Of a DNA stretch of 64,000 bases, positions 1 to 9,281 are shown piece after piece; position 1 is the first letter of the stretch; the number at the start of each line of letters is the position of its first letter. The notes under the pieces were generated by a model that ran no database searches, was not told the origin of the DNA, and saw only the letters and a program-made list of their open reading frames with translations. The position numbers were made by a program, and so were the translations under genes. This DNA is from Candidatus Omnitrophota bacterium (GTDB lineage: Bacteria > Omnitrophota > Gorgyraeia > B26-G9), in contig JBDRPX010000006.1 in NCBI GenBank assembly GCA_043826565.1, forward strand, positions 14,456 through 78,455. Reading direction: 5' to 3'.

Positions 1-46
1 CAGATGAATGGGATCAAACGTCCCTCCTAAAATTCCTATACGTTTC

Positions 47-1303
47 TTATTCTCTAATCTGGCCATTACCCATTACAACATACTTGTAAGTTGTTAATTC
101 CTCAAGTCCCATCGGACCCCGCGCATGCAGCTTATCCGTGCTCACGCCTATCTCCGCACCTAACCCAAACTCATTGCCGTCGGTAAACCGAGTTGACGCA
201 TTAATATAAACACATGCCGCATCAACTTCTTTTAAAAACGTTATGCCATTAGGGAAATTATTTGTTATAATCGCTTCCGAATGGCCTGAGCCGAATTCAG
301 TAATATGATCAATAGCATCCTGCATGCTATCAACAACCTTAACCGATAATATTAAATCAAGATACTCCGTAGCATAATCTTCCTTAGTCGCTAATTTTAC
401 TTCCGGGCATAATTTTACGGTTTTTGAACAACCCCGAATTTCCACACCTTCTTTTTTAAATCTTTTTACTATAGAAGGTAAAAAATATTTTGCTATTGCT
501 TTATGCACCAGAAGACATTCCATGGCATTGCAAGTCGAAGGTCTTTGAACTTTGGCATTAACTGCCACTTCCTCCGCCATCGCCAGGTCCGCATATTCAT
601 CAACATAAGTATGACAAATTCCCTTATAATGCTTTATCACCGGAATACTTGACTTTTCCACAACCGTTCGAATCAGAGCTTCTCCTCCCCGGGGGATAAT
701 AAGATCAATATAATCTTTCTGTTTTAACAGAACATCAATTGCTTCTCGATCAACTGTCTGAATAAGATTAATTGTTCCTTCAGGCAACCCGGCTTTTTCA
801 GCCGCTTCAGAAATCGCCTTAAAAATCGCCTGGTTAGAATTAATTGATTCCTTTCCTCCCCGCAAGATAACGGCATTGCCCGCTTTTAAACATAGCCCCG
901 CGCAATCACTGGTAACATTGGGCCGCGATTCATAAATAATTCCAATAACTCCTAACGGAACTCTCATTTTACTGATCCTTAAACCGTTAGGCCGCTGCCA
1001 CATTTTAATCATCTCGCCGATAGGGTCTTTTAACGCTTTTATCGCCAGTAAATCTTCAGCCATCTTTTTAATTCTATTTTCGTTAAGCGTCAGTCTTTCC
1101 ACAAAAGCCGCCGAATTTTTGGCTTTTTTGGCAATATTAATATCTTTATTATTAGCTTTTAAGATGAGCGCTTTTTTCTTTATAAGAATTTCCGCCATTT
1201 TTTCTAAAGCACTGTCTTTGACTTCCGAAGAAATATGGCTCAAATGGCGGGAAGCTGCTTTTGCCTGCTTAGCTATCGCTATCACATCGCTCTTTATAGA
1301 CAT
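47..1303 (-). CDS. proA: gamma-glutamyl phosphate reductase (glutamate-5-semialdehyde dehydrogenase)
   Basis: 418-aa ORF with ProA-type aldehyde-dehydrogenase-fold sequence (…GVIGIIYESRPNVT…, …RGGKES…). Lies immediately downstream of proB. Confidence 0.9.
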   Translation of the reverse strand: MSIKSDVIAIAKQAKAASRHLSHISSEVKDSALEKMAEILIKKKALILKANNKDINIAKKAKNSAAFVERLTLNENRIKKMAEDLLAIKALKDPIGEMIKMWQRPNGLRISKMRVPLGVIGIIYESRPNVTSDCAGLCLKAGNAVILRGGKESINSNQAIFKAISEAAEKAGLPEGTINLIQTVDREAIDVLLKQKDYIDLIIPRGGEALIRTVVEKSSIPVIKHYKGICHTYVDEYADLAMAEEVAVNAKVQRPSTCNAMECLLVHKAIAKYFLPSIVKRFKKEGVEIRGCSKTVKLCPEVKLATKEDYATEYLDLILSVKVVDSMQDAIDHITEFGSGHSEAIITNNFPNGITFLKEVDAACVYINASTRFTDGNEFGLGAEIGVSTDKLHARGPMGLEELTTYKYVVMGNGQIRE

Positions 1304-1315
1304 TTCCTCTGCCTC

Positions 1316-2431
1316 CTATTGGATTATTACAAGATTATTTCTATGGATAACCTCATCGTAAGATTTATATCCTAAAACCGTCACAATCTTGGCAGTCTTT
1401 AATCCACGGATTTTTTTAACCTCATCACTGGAATAATTAGTAAGTCCCCGCGCGATTTCACTTTCTTTTTTATCACATATAAAAACAAGATCTCCTTGCG
1501 CGAATTTACCAAGGGTATCCACAATCCCGCTAGCTAGAAGGCTTTTACCTTTTTGGGTCAAAGCTTCCTTAGCCCCATCATCAACAATTATTTTCCCGCA
1601 ACCGCGGCAGCTAAATGCAATCCAACGCTTTTTTCCGGAAATCTTGTTTTGCTGAGGAAGAAACCAAGTCCCCTCCCCCTTTTTATTAATAACTTTTGCC
1701 AAGATATCTTTTGTATTGCCGTTAGCAATAACCATGGGTATTCCGGCATTAGTCGCAATCTTACCGGCTTGGAGCTTTGTAACCATGCCTCCGACACTCG
1801 TCTGTCTTGTCGTGCCCTTAGCCAAACCGTTAACTAATGAATCTATAGCATCAATTTCCTTTATAACTTTGCCTTTTTTATCATAAACTCCATCAACGTC
1901 AGACAAAATTATCAACAATTTTGCATCAATAAGCGTCGCCACTAAAGAAGATAATTTATCATTATCCCCAAATCTTATTTCATCCGTAGCAACTGTATCA
2001 TTCTCATTAACAATCGGAACCACACCTTTTTCCAAAAGAGTTAAAATCGTATTACGTGCATTCAAATATCGCGGACGGTCATACAATCCATCCGGAGTAA
2101 GTAAAATTTGTGCGGTAAGTATGCTTTGTTTTCGAAATATTTTTTCATACTCATGCATAAGCTGAATCTGGCCGATCGCTGCCGCCGCCTGAAGTTCCTC
2201 AATAGTTTTCGGCCTCTTTTCATAATTAAGCAGATTCATTCCGCTGGCAATCGCACCCGAGGAAACCAAGACTACATTCACCCCTTGTTTTCTTAACTTA
2301 CATATCTGTGAAGATATATTACTTAAGCGGCGTTTATCCAGTTTGTTAAATTCGCTAACCAGCGTACTGGAACCGACCTTAACAACAACCGGAGAAATGG
2401 TGTTCAGTAAATCAACTTTCATGGCAATCAA
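1316..2431 (-). CDS. proB: glutamate 5-kinase with C-terminal PUA domain
   Basis: 371 aa. N-terminus VVKVGSS…VLVSSGA is typical of amino-acid kinase/ProB. Length fits kinase plus PUA. Operon partner of proA. Confidence 0.9.
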   Translation of the reverse strand: MIAMKVDLLNTISPVVVKVGSSTLVSEFNKLDKRRLSNISSQICKLRKQGVNVVLVSSGAIASGMNLLNYEKRPKTIEELQAAAAIGQIQLMHEYEKIFRKQSILTAQILLTPDGLYDRPRYLNARNTILTLLEKGVVPIVNENDTVATDEIRFGDNDKLSSLVATLIDAKLLIILSDVDGVYDKKGKVIKEIDAIDSLVNGLAKGTTRQTSVGGMVTKLQAGKIATNAGIPMVIANGNTKDILAKVINKKGEGTWFLPQQNKISGKKRWIAFSCRGCGKIIVDDGAKEALTQKGKSLLASGIVDTLGKFAQGDLVFICDKKESEIARGLTNYSSDEVKKIRGLKTAKIVTVLGYKSYDEVIHRNNLVIIQ

Positions 2432-2463
2432 CTTATATTATAGTTTGTAAGTATAGTTATTTT

Positions 2464-3432
2464 TTATTTGACGAAAATTTTTTTAAACAAACTTTGCGTA
2501 AGCATAGCGATTCCGGATGAATCCAAACAGGAAATCAAAAAAATCCGCTGTTTTAGTACCTGCTTAAAAAGTTTCAAATTATCTTTTGCCGCCGGAACAT
2601 CCATCTTATTTGCCACAATAAAATGCGGCTTTTGCAGTAGAGTACGGTCATAACATTCAATCTCATTACGTAAATTCACATAGTCCTGCACAGGATCTCT
2701 CCCGTCAATGCCTGCCATATCAATTAAAAAAAGCAATATTTTGGTTCGCTCAATATGCCGCAGGAACTCAAGCCCCAGCCCCTTCCCCTTATGTGCATCT
2801 TTTATGATTCCGGGGATATCAGCAACGGTAAAACGATTTTCAGAAAGAGTTGATTTTACTACGCCAAGGACTGGCCTTACTGTTGAAAACGGAAAGTCGG
2901 CTACTTTTGATTTTGCTCCCGAGAGAACATTTACCAGAGAAGATTTTCCTGCGTTAGGGTAACCGATAAGACCAACATCTGCGATCAGCTTTAATTCCAA
3001 CAGAACCGTAAGTTCCTGCCCAGGGGCTCCTTCAGTCACATCTATTTTTTTAGCGTTGCCTATTCCGCCTTTTCCGCCCACCGCAACAACTACCTGATCA
3101 CCAACAATATTTAAATCCCTAATCAAATAATTGTTTTCCGCATCTCGAATAATCGTTCCCAAAGGCACCAGAATCAGATAATCATTACCGCATCTGCCCC
3201 TCTTCTGGTTACTACTGCCATGTTTTCCTGATTCAGCCTTAAAATGCTGCCGGTAACGAAAATCTAATAATGTGTGTACATTGGGATCAGCTTTTATTAT
3301 TACATTCCCGCCATCGCCGCCGTCCCCGCCGTCTCTTCTGGGATAACGCATCGGTCTTACGTGATACAAACTATCACAACCCTTACCGCCGTTCCCCGCT
3401 TTTATAAATATTCTGGAGCGGTCCGCAAACAT
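2464..3432 (-). CDS. obg: GTPase Obg (short form lacking C-terminal extension)
   Basis: Obg-fold N-terminus (FADRSRIFIKAGNGGKGC…) with glycine-rich repeats (DGGDGGDGG), then a G domain (GYPNAGKSSL). Conserved obg-rpmA-rplU neighbourhood. Confidence 0.9.
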   Translation of the reverse strand: MFADRSRIFIKAGNGGKGCDSLYHVRPMRYPRRDGGDGGDGGNVIIKADPNVHTLLDFRYRQHFKAESGKHGSSNQKRGRCGNDYLILVPLGTIIRDAENNYLIRDLNIVGDQVVVAVGGKGGIGNAKKIDVTEGAPGQELTVLLELKLIADVGLIGYPNAGKSSLVNVLSGAKSKVADFPFSTVRPVLGVVKSTLSENRFTVADIPGIIKDAHKGKGLGLEFLRHIERTKILLFLIDMAGIDGRDPVQDYVNLRNEIECYDRTLLQKPHFIVANKMDVPAAKDNLKLFKQVLKQRIFLISCLDSSGIAMLTQSLFKKIFVK

Positions 3433-3447
3433 AAGCTGAGGGCTTTC

Positions 3448-3690
3448 TTAATTAGCGGTTACGCTAATTACCTTCTCTTTGGGAAAACAAACTTTCCCGT
3501 CAATACGTGAATAAAGTGTATAATCCCTGCCGACCCCGACATTTTTACCCGGTTTAAACGTTAACCCATGCTGCCTGATCAGAATTGACCCAGCGCGTAC
3601 AGTTTCACCACCGTAATGTTTTACTCCCAGTCTTTGGGAATTGCTATCCCGGCCGTTACGGGAGCTTCCCATACCTTTTTTATGTGCCAT
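3448..3690 (-). CDS. rpmA: 50S ribosomal protein L27
   Basis: 80 aa. MAHKKG…SRNGRDS…G…K is a canonical L27 sequence. Confidence 0.95.
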   Translation of the reverse strand: MAHKKGMGSSRNGRDSNSQRLGVKHYGGETVRAGSILIRQHGLTFKPGKNVGVGRDYTLYSRIDGKVCFPKEKVISVTAN

Positions 3691-3762
3691 GACATGATCT
3701 CCTTTTATGAAGCAAGACGCAGAAAATTTTCAGTCCTTCCCGCTGCCCGCTACTTTATTTGC

Positions 3763-4089
3763 TTACTTATTTATCTTCTTGATCTCAAGACGAGTCAAAT
3801 CCTGACGATGACCGGTTTTTTTATGAGAATCTTTTCTGCGAAGATACTTAAATACTACTACTTTTTTAGCCTTATCATGGCCAATTACTTCCGCGTCCAC
3901 CGAAACACCCTCTAGATAAGGCTGACCAACCTGAACTTTTTTACCGCTGGAAAGTAAAAGCACTTTATCCAACGTGATTGCGTCTTTAGGCTGATTGTCC
4001 ATTTTAGCTACCTCGATAATGTCCTTCGGAGCCACTTTATATTGTTTTCCCTTAACCTCGATTACTGCATACACAACATCCACCTCCAA
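3763..4089 (-). CDS. rplU: 50S ribosomal protein L21
   Basis: 108 aa. YAVIE..GKQYKV…VVVFKY.RRK..HKK.GHRQ is the L21 signature. Upstream of rpmA as usual. Confidence 0.95.
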   Translation of the reverse strand: MEVDVVYAVIEVKGKQYKVAPKDIIEVAKMDNQPKDAITLDKVLLLSSGKKVQVGQPYLEGVSVDAEVIGHDKAKKVVVFKYLRRKDSHKKTGHRQDLTRLEIKKINK

Positions 4090-4127
4090 ATTATTGTTTT
4101 AAATAGCTGAATAATTTTAATAGTATA

Positions 4128-5645
4128 TCACAAAAATTTTACTTCTTCAATACCTAAATGTTCATCAGTCAAAATAGCGATTTTTACCCACATTTTCTTT
4201 TCTAAACTGGTAATTGCACCGCGCTCCTCATTAAGTAAACGCATCGCTATTGCCGGATGTACATTGACCTCTAAATACCTTTTTTTTTGTCCGATAAGAT
4301 ACTTTTTTATCTCTCTTAATGCTTTTATAGCAATAGTTTCAGCCGATTTAATTCTACCCCGGCCATCACAAGCCGAACATGTCTGAAAAAAGATACTTTC
4401 GAGCTTTCTGCGGATTCTCTGTCTGGCTATCTGCACGATTCCCAACTGGGAAAACGGATAAATAGTCACCCTCGCCTTGTCCTGCTCCATTTCTTTTTCT
4501 AAAAGCTGTAAAACTTTCTTCTGATGTGCATTCCTGCTCATATCAATAAAATCGATAACAATGATACCCGCTAAGTCACGCAGTCTGATCTGCCGGGCAA
4601 TCTCCTTAGCTGCTTCCATATTTGTCAAAAATGCTGTTTCTTCCAAACGATCTTGATTTACAAAACTACCGCTGTTGACATCTATAGAAATCAATGCTTC
4701 CGTAGGCTCGATAATAATATATCCGCCTTTTTTCAAGGAAACTTCCCGGGCTAATATCTCTTCGCTTTGTTTATCAATATCATATTTATCAAACAAACTC
4801 ATTTTTTCTTTATGCAGCCTTAACTTACGTTTTAGCTGCGGCGCGAGAATCTTGATAAAATTCAAAACCCGCTTATAGTCATCATGGGTATCGACAATCA
4901 GCTTTTCGATATCATCGCTAAAAAAATCCCGTGCTGTTCTTAAAACCAAATCGTACTCTTCATGAATCAGCGCCGGAGCTTTTTTTCGGGAAGATTTTAC
5001 TCTAATATTATTCCATAACCGTAATAAGTATTGTAATTCACGAACAAATTCGCGTTTACCTAAACCCATGGCCTGGGTACGGATAATACACCCCATTTCC
5101 TTGGGCAATCCTATTTCCTTTAACAGAGTACGCAGCCTTAAACGTTCTTTCTCATTTGTAATTTTTTTTGATATACCGATATTTTTACTATATGGCATAA
5201 GAACCAAAAATCTTCCGGGTAAACTTATCTGACTGCTTAACCGGCAGCCTTTTGTACCAAAAGGTTCTTTAACTACCTGTACAAGTACTTCCTGCCCTTT
5301 GCGCAAAAGACTATCTATGGACACATGTTCTTTCTTATGCGGAACCGGGACAGCCTTATTAGCGTCACTTAATACTTCCGTTGCCGGTTCCAAAGAATAC
5401 TCATCATTCTTTAAAGATGCCGGCAGGAATTCCTGGATATACAAAAACCCGTTTTTTCCCAGGCCGATATCAACAAAAGCTGCCTCCATACCTTTTACTA
5501 CCTGGGCAACCCTGCCTTTATAAACATTCCCGGCTATATGCTTATGTGTTGCTCTATCTATAAAAAACTCTTCCAACCGATTATTCTCAACAAGCGCAAC
5601 ACGCTTTTCCTGTTCATCGGTAGTTATTAATATATCTCTACTCAT
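4128..5645 (-). CDS. rng: ribonuclease E/G family endoribonuclease (RNase G-like)
   Basis: 505 aa. S1 domain (GNVYKGRVAQVVKGMEAAFVDIGLGKNGFL) followed by an RNase E/G catalytic core. Too short for full RNase E. Confidence 0.85.
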   Translation of the reverse strand: MSRDILITTDEQEKRVALVENNRLEEFFIDRATHKHIAGNVYKGRVAQVVKGMEAAFVDIGLGKNGFLYIQEFLPASLKNDEYSLEPATEVLSDANKAVPVPHKKEHVSIDSLLRKGQEVLVQVVKEPFGTKGCRLSSQISLPGRFLVLMPYSKNIGISKKITNEKERLRLRTLLKEIGLPKEMGCIIRTQAMGLGKREFVRELQYLLRLWNNIRVKSSRKKAPALIHEEYDLVLRTARDFFSDDIEKLIVDTHDDYKRVLNFIKILAPQLKRKLRLHKEKMSLFDKYDIDKQSEEILAREVSLKKGGYIIIEPTEALISIDVNSGSFVNQDRLEETAFLTNMEAAKEIARQIRLRDLAGIIVIDFIDMSRNAHQKKVLQLLEKEMEQDKARVTIYPFSQLGIVQIARQRIRRKLESIFFQTCSACDGRGRIKSAETIAIKALREIKKYLIGQKKRYLEVNVHPAIAMRLLNEERGAITSLEKKMWVKIAILTDEHLGIEEVKFL

Positions 5646-5943
5646 AATATCCTATCTTACCTATCGAAATACCTTCTGTTAACTGTGATTGAAAACATTT
5701 TCTAAACTCATCTAATTCCATTGGTTGCCGCAAAAAAAAAGTGACTTCCATTTCTCCATCTTTTCCGACCTTTAAGGCCTGTCCAAATTTTACCTTTGGA
5801 CGAGGATTAAATCCCTCTGTTAAAACATACGGAATATCCGCACGCCTTAGGGCCCGATAAATCAACCTGATAAAATCCAAATGTGAGAGATAGCGCATAA
5901 ACCCGCTTTTATCAAGCCTGACGACCATTTTAGTATTCTGCAT
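5638..5943 (-). CDS. DUF2344/TIGR03936-like protein, short version
   Basis: 101 aa. The motif LSHLDFIRL..RALRRA.IPY..TEGFNPRPK matches the radical-SAM-associated DUF2344 family often found beside rng. Only about half the usual length. Confidence 0.45.
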   Translation of the reverse strand: MQNTKMVVRLDKSGFMRYLSHLDFIRLIYRALRRADIPYVLTEGFNPRPKVKFGQALKVGKDGEMEVTFFLRQPMELDEFRKCFQSQLTEGISIGKIGYYE

Positions 5944-5946
5944 TTA

Positions 5947-7740
5947 TTAATGTTTTTTCCTATTAAACCATCCCTTATTCTGTCTTTTTTCTTCTTTCGG
6001 CTGATCCTCTTTATTCATCGCCGCTTCAATATCATCTTCAACATTGACCACTGCTTCATTAACTGCCGGCTCTGTTTCTGAATCCATATTTTCTTCCGGA
6101 ATAGATTCTACTGCTTCCAAAGATTCGACTTCAGTAATTTCCTCTGAACTTTCTTCAGTTATAGGAATTTGATCAGCAGCAACAACTTCGGCTACTATAT
6201 CATCTTCAATAGATTCGCTTTCTTTTACCGGCTGAACATTTTTCTTTTTAGCTTCTTTCATTTCTTCTTTTTTCTTAATTTCTTCCATTGCTTTTGCTTT
6301 AGCTGCTTCTTCAGCCTTTCTTTGTGCTTCCTCAGCAGCTTGCCTGGCGGCAATTAATGCTTCGGCAGCTTCTTTTCTCCTTTCCAGTTGATCTCGATTT
6401 ATAATATGCGGAGTTATAAATATCAGCAAATCTTTCTTTTCGATCGCGTCAGCTTTATGCGTAAACAATAATCCTAAAATCGGGATATCACCTAAAATTG
6501 GAACTTTTGTTTTGGTTGTAACTGTTTTATCTTTAAGCAGCCCGCCGATAACCAAAGTTTCCCCGTCTTTTATCATAACTGTAGCATCTGTTGTCTGGGT
6601 GGAAAGAATCGGGACCTCCGCTCCCTGAAAATTAACAACATCCTGCTTATCACTTATTTCCGGATGCAGCTTTAATGTCACAAACCCGTCTTTATTAATT
6701 GTTGGCGTTACCCTCAACAAGACACCATAACTTTTATATTCCCATCCGGTAATAACAAAACGGTCCGTTTCTTCATTATAAGAATAACTGGCAATCGGCC
6801 AATCCGTACCGACATGAATCTCCGCTTCCTGGTTATCCATTGTCGTAATACTCGGATTTGATAATATCCGGGTCTTGCCTCTGCTTGTAATCGCTTCCAT
6901 CATCAAACTAAAGGATGTCGCATCTAAAACCCCGTAAGTAAAATCTGTTTTAGACGCATACGGGAATGAAGGACGGGCTTGTGTAGGAAAATCAGTAGCA
7001 TTCTCACCCACTGGCATAAACTGGGTTAAAGTACTGTTTTCCCCACCGTCAGCTCCCCAAGGAAATGTTGTCACCCGCTTAGACATGGTCGCGGTAGCCG
7101 CGGGGTTCCATTTTAACCCCAGACGTTCATCAGTCGTCAAGGAAGTTTCAATTATTTTCGCTTGAATTGTAACCTGAGGAGTCATCGCATCAAGTCTTTG
7201 AATAACCTTCCCAATTTTATAAATATTAGTCGGAATATCCGTAACAATAATTAGATTAGAACGAGCATCAAATTTAACCTTACCGCGCTCAGATTTCATT
7301 TCCTCAACAGCAAAAACAACATCCTGAGCACGCGCATAATTAAGCGGAAAAACCTCGGTAATCAAAGTTTCTAATCCCTGTTTATCCAGGGTGGTTACCC
7401 GGATGATATTTCCTTCACGTTCATAAGCATAGCTATATGTACGGCAAATAACATCCAAGATTTTTTCCCAGGGAACATCCGTAATATGAATACTAATTAA
7501 TCCCTTTACGTCAGGATCGGAAACAATGTTCACGTTTCCCTTTAAAGATAAAACCCGAAACACATCCTGGACATCAGCATCTTTAAATTCTACGCTAATC
7601 ATTCCTTCCTGAGATTCCTGAATTTCCATATCGTTCATTCCGTTTTCCGCAAAAGATGATGCTGCCGCAACAAACAATGCTATTAGTCCAAGCCCCAATA
7701 TAAATTTGAACTTTAGCTTTTTATTTCCCCTATTTTTCAT
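5947..7740 (-). CDS. pilQ: type IV pilus secretin PilQ with long charged C-terminal tail
   Basis: 597 aa. Signal peptide, then a secretin core (…LSNPSITTMDNQEAEIHVG…VPILGDIPILGLLF…IFITPHII). Last gene of the pilMNOPQ run. C-terminal ~140 aa is an E/K/A-rich extension. Confidence 0.85.
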   Translation of the reverse strand: MKNRGNKKLKFKFILGLGLIALFVAAASSFAENGMNDMEIQESQEGMISVEFKDADVQDVFRVLSLKGNVNIVSDPDVKGLISIHITDVPWEKILDVICRTYSYAYEREGNIIRVTTLDKQGLETLITEVFPLNYARAQDVVFAVEEMKSERGKVKFDARSNLIIVTDIPTNIYKIGKVIQRLDAMTPQVTIQAKIIETSLTTDERLGLKWNPAATATMSKRVTTFPWGADGGENSTLTQFMPVGENATDFPTQARPSFPYASKTDFTYGVLDATSFSLMMEAITSRGKTRILSNPSITTMDNQEAEIHVGTDWPIASYSYNEETDRFVITGWEYKSYGVLLRVTPTINKDGFVTLKLHPEISDKQDVVNFQGAEVPILSTQTTDATVMIKDGETLVIGGLLKDKTVTTKTKVPILGDIPILGLLFTHKADAIEKKDLLIFITPHIINRDQLERRKEAAEALIAARQAAEEAQRKAEEAAKAKAMEEIKKKEEMKEAKKKNVQPVKESESIEDDIVAEVVAADQIPITEESSEEITEVESLEAVESIPEENMDSETEPAVNEAVVNVEDDIEAAMNKEDQPKEEKRQNKGWFNRKKH

Positions 7741-8107
7741 GACCGTCCCCTCCCTTTCGTACTTTTACAATAAATTCTTTCCCCATTTTTTCTAAAACAA
7801 CACTGTCTTCTTTTATCTCCAAAACAGTTAAGCCAAAAATAAAATCATTCTTTTTTACTGCTTTTCCGTTTATGATCGCCAGAGATTTTCCTGCCGGGTC
7901 CCAGATAATTCCTTCTAAATTAACATCACCGGTTTCTGTAGTAACTTTTGCTCCGGGAAGAATACGCCCGTCCTTTGTCACCAAGCTCATAAATGGATCA
8001 CGCACACCGTTATTTTTATAAACAAACTGCTCCGGCACTCCGGCAGCTACTGCGCATGAAGCACCTATTAAAAAAATTAAAAACAAACTACATGCCCGCA
8101 TTAGCAT
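7730..8107 (-). CDS. pilP: type IV pilus assembly lipoprotein PilP-like
   Basis: 125 aa. Signal/lipobox-like N-terminus and an RDPF motif characteristic of PilP. Sits between pilO and pilQ. Confidence 0.6.
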   Translation of the reverse strand: MLMRACSLFLIFLIGASCAVAAGVPEQFVYKNNGVRDPFMSLVTKDGRILPGAKVTTETGDVNLEGIIWDPAGKSLAIINGKAVKKNDFIFGLTVLEIKEDSVVLEKMGKEFIVKVRKGGDGHEK

Positions 8108-8657
8108 TTACACTCTCTTTCAAACAAAAAGCATCAACAGTTATAAATACCTGATGTTTATCCGGATTAGCATCATTACTCTCAATTTTTATGTTCTTTA
8201 TCTTCATCAGTTTATGGGAATATTCCAAAGAATTAATAAATCCTCCCAAGGAATGATATCCACAAACAGCATCAACAAAAACCGGTATGCGCACGTAAAA
8301 CATACCTTCTTCCTGAATCACTTTCTGCGGTTCAATAGCAATAATTTTAATATCATGTTCTCTTGCTTTTGCCGACAATAAATCCAGAAAAACCGGAAAC
8401 TCCTCCTGAGTCGGCAATTGATCTATATAACTTTTATAGGAAAGCATCAACTCATCCAATTCCAGTTCTCTAACCTGAAAATCAGACATTCCCTGATCAA
8501 TATAATCTAAAACCTCTTTTTTCTGCTTTGCTTCTTTAGAAATTTTCATAACATGTCCAAACTGAGGAATAAGCAACAACAAAAAGACAATAACCGCACC
8601 GGCCATGATTATCTGAAATATTGATATTCTAATTTTTTTAAAAACAAGATCTTTCAT
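8088..8657 (-). CDS. pilO: type IV pilus assembly protein PilO-like
   Basis: 189 aa. One N-terminal TM helix plus a periplasmic domain. Position and size fit PilO. Confidence 0.55.
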   Translation of the reverse strand: MKDLVFKKIRISIFQIIMAGAVIVFLLLLIPQFGHVMKISKEAKQKKEVLDYIDQGMSDFQVRELELDELMLSYKSYIDQLPTQEEFPVFLDLLSAKAREHDIKIIAIEPQKVIQEEGMFYVRIPVFVDAVCGYHSLGGFINSLEYSHKLMKIKNIKIESNDANPDKHQVFITVDAFCLKESVNANAGM

Positions 8658-8660
8658 AAC

Positions 8661-9278
8661 CTATGCATTGTCCTTAAAATAACAAACCAAATTAAAATCC
8701 ATCACTTCAATATCCGCAATTTTTCTGCGTAATACAGACTCTACTTCAATTTTTTTAAAAAGTTCCGCGAATTCTTTATTCGCTTTTAGTTGGCGCATAA
8801 ATCCGCTAATAACACCCATTTCATCATGCGCTGTCGAAACAACAGTTGCGGATACATTTAAAAACCTCAGTTCAGTCGTCGTTTCAACATAATTTATCGT
8901 AGCTTTGATTGTCTGACGTTTTAAGGCAATGCTTCTAAACCAGACTCCCGGCACAAGTGAATCACTTAAATCATTCAACATCCTTGACCAGAGAAACTCC
9001 GGGGTAAAAACCTGTTCAAACAAAACACTCGACTGTTTAAAACTATCAATCTTTCTTTTAAGGTTATCAATCTCCTGCTTCTTTACTTCCAGATTTTTTA
9101 ATCGAGTATCAATCGCCCGCAATGTAAGTGTTTTATAAACATTCACCGAAGTAAGGATTAACAGTATTGCTATAAGAGTCGCGTTAATCACCAACAATAC
9201 TAAATTAACCGGTAAATCATTTTTATGTACACTTTTTGCTTCTCTATATGATAATGGTAATAAGTTAATCTCAATCAT
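8661..9278 (-). CDS. pilN: type IV pilus assembly protein PilN-like
   Basis: 205 aa. N-terminal TM followed by a coiled-coil. Lies immediately after pilM. Confidence 0.55.
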   Translation of the reverse strand: MIEINLLPLSYREAKSVHKNDLPVNLVLLVINATLIAILLILTSVNVYKTLTLRAIDTRLKNLEVKKQEIDNLKRKIDSFKQSSVLFEQVFTPEFLWSRMLNDLSDSLVPGVWFRSIALKRQTIKATINYVETTTELRFLNVSATVVSTAHDEMGVISGFMRQLKANKEFAELFKKIEVESVLRRKIADIEVMDFNLVCYFKDNA

Positions 9279-9281
9279 TTT

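Noticed and set aside
5731-5740. A9/T9 homopolymers inside coding regions (for example 5731-5739 in the DUF2344 gene and 4264-4272 in rng) as possible programmed frameshift sites
   Set aside because: A/T runs of this length are expected at this AT content, and the flanking reading frames are continuous with sensible protein sequence on both sides.
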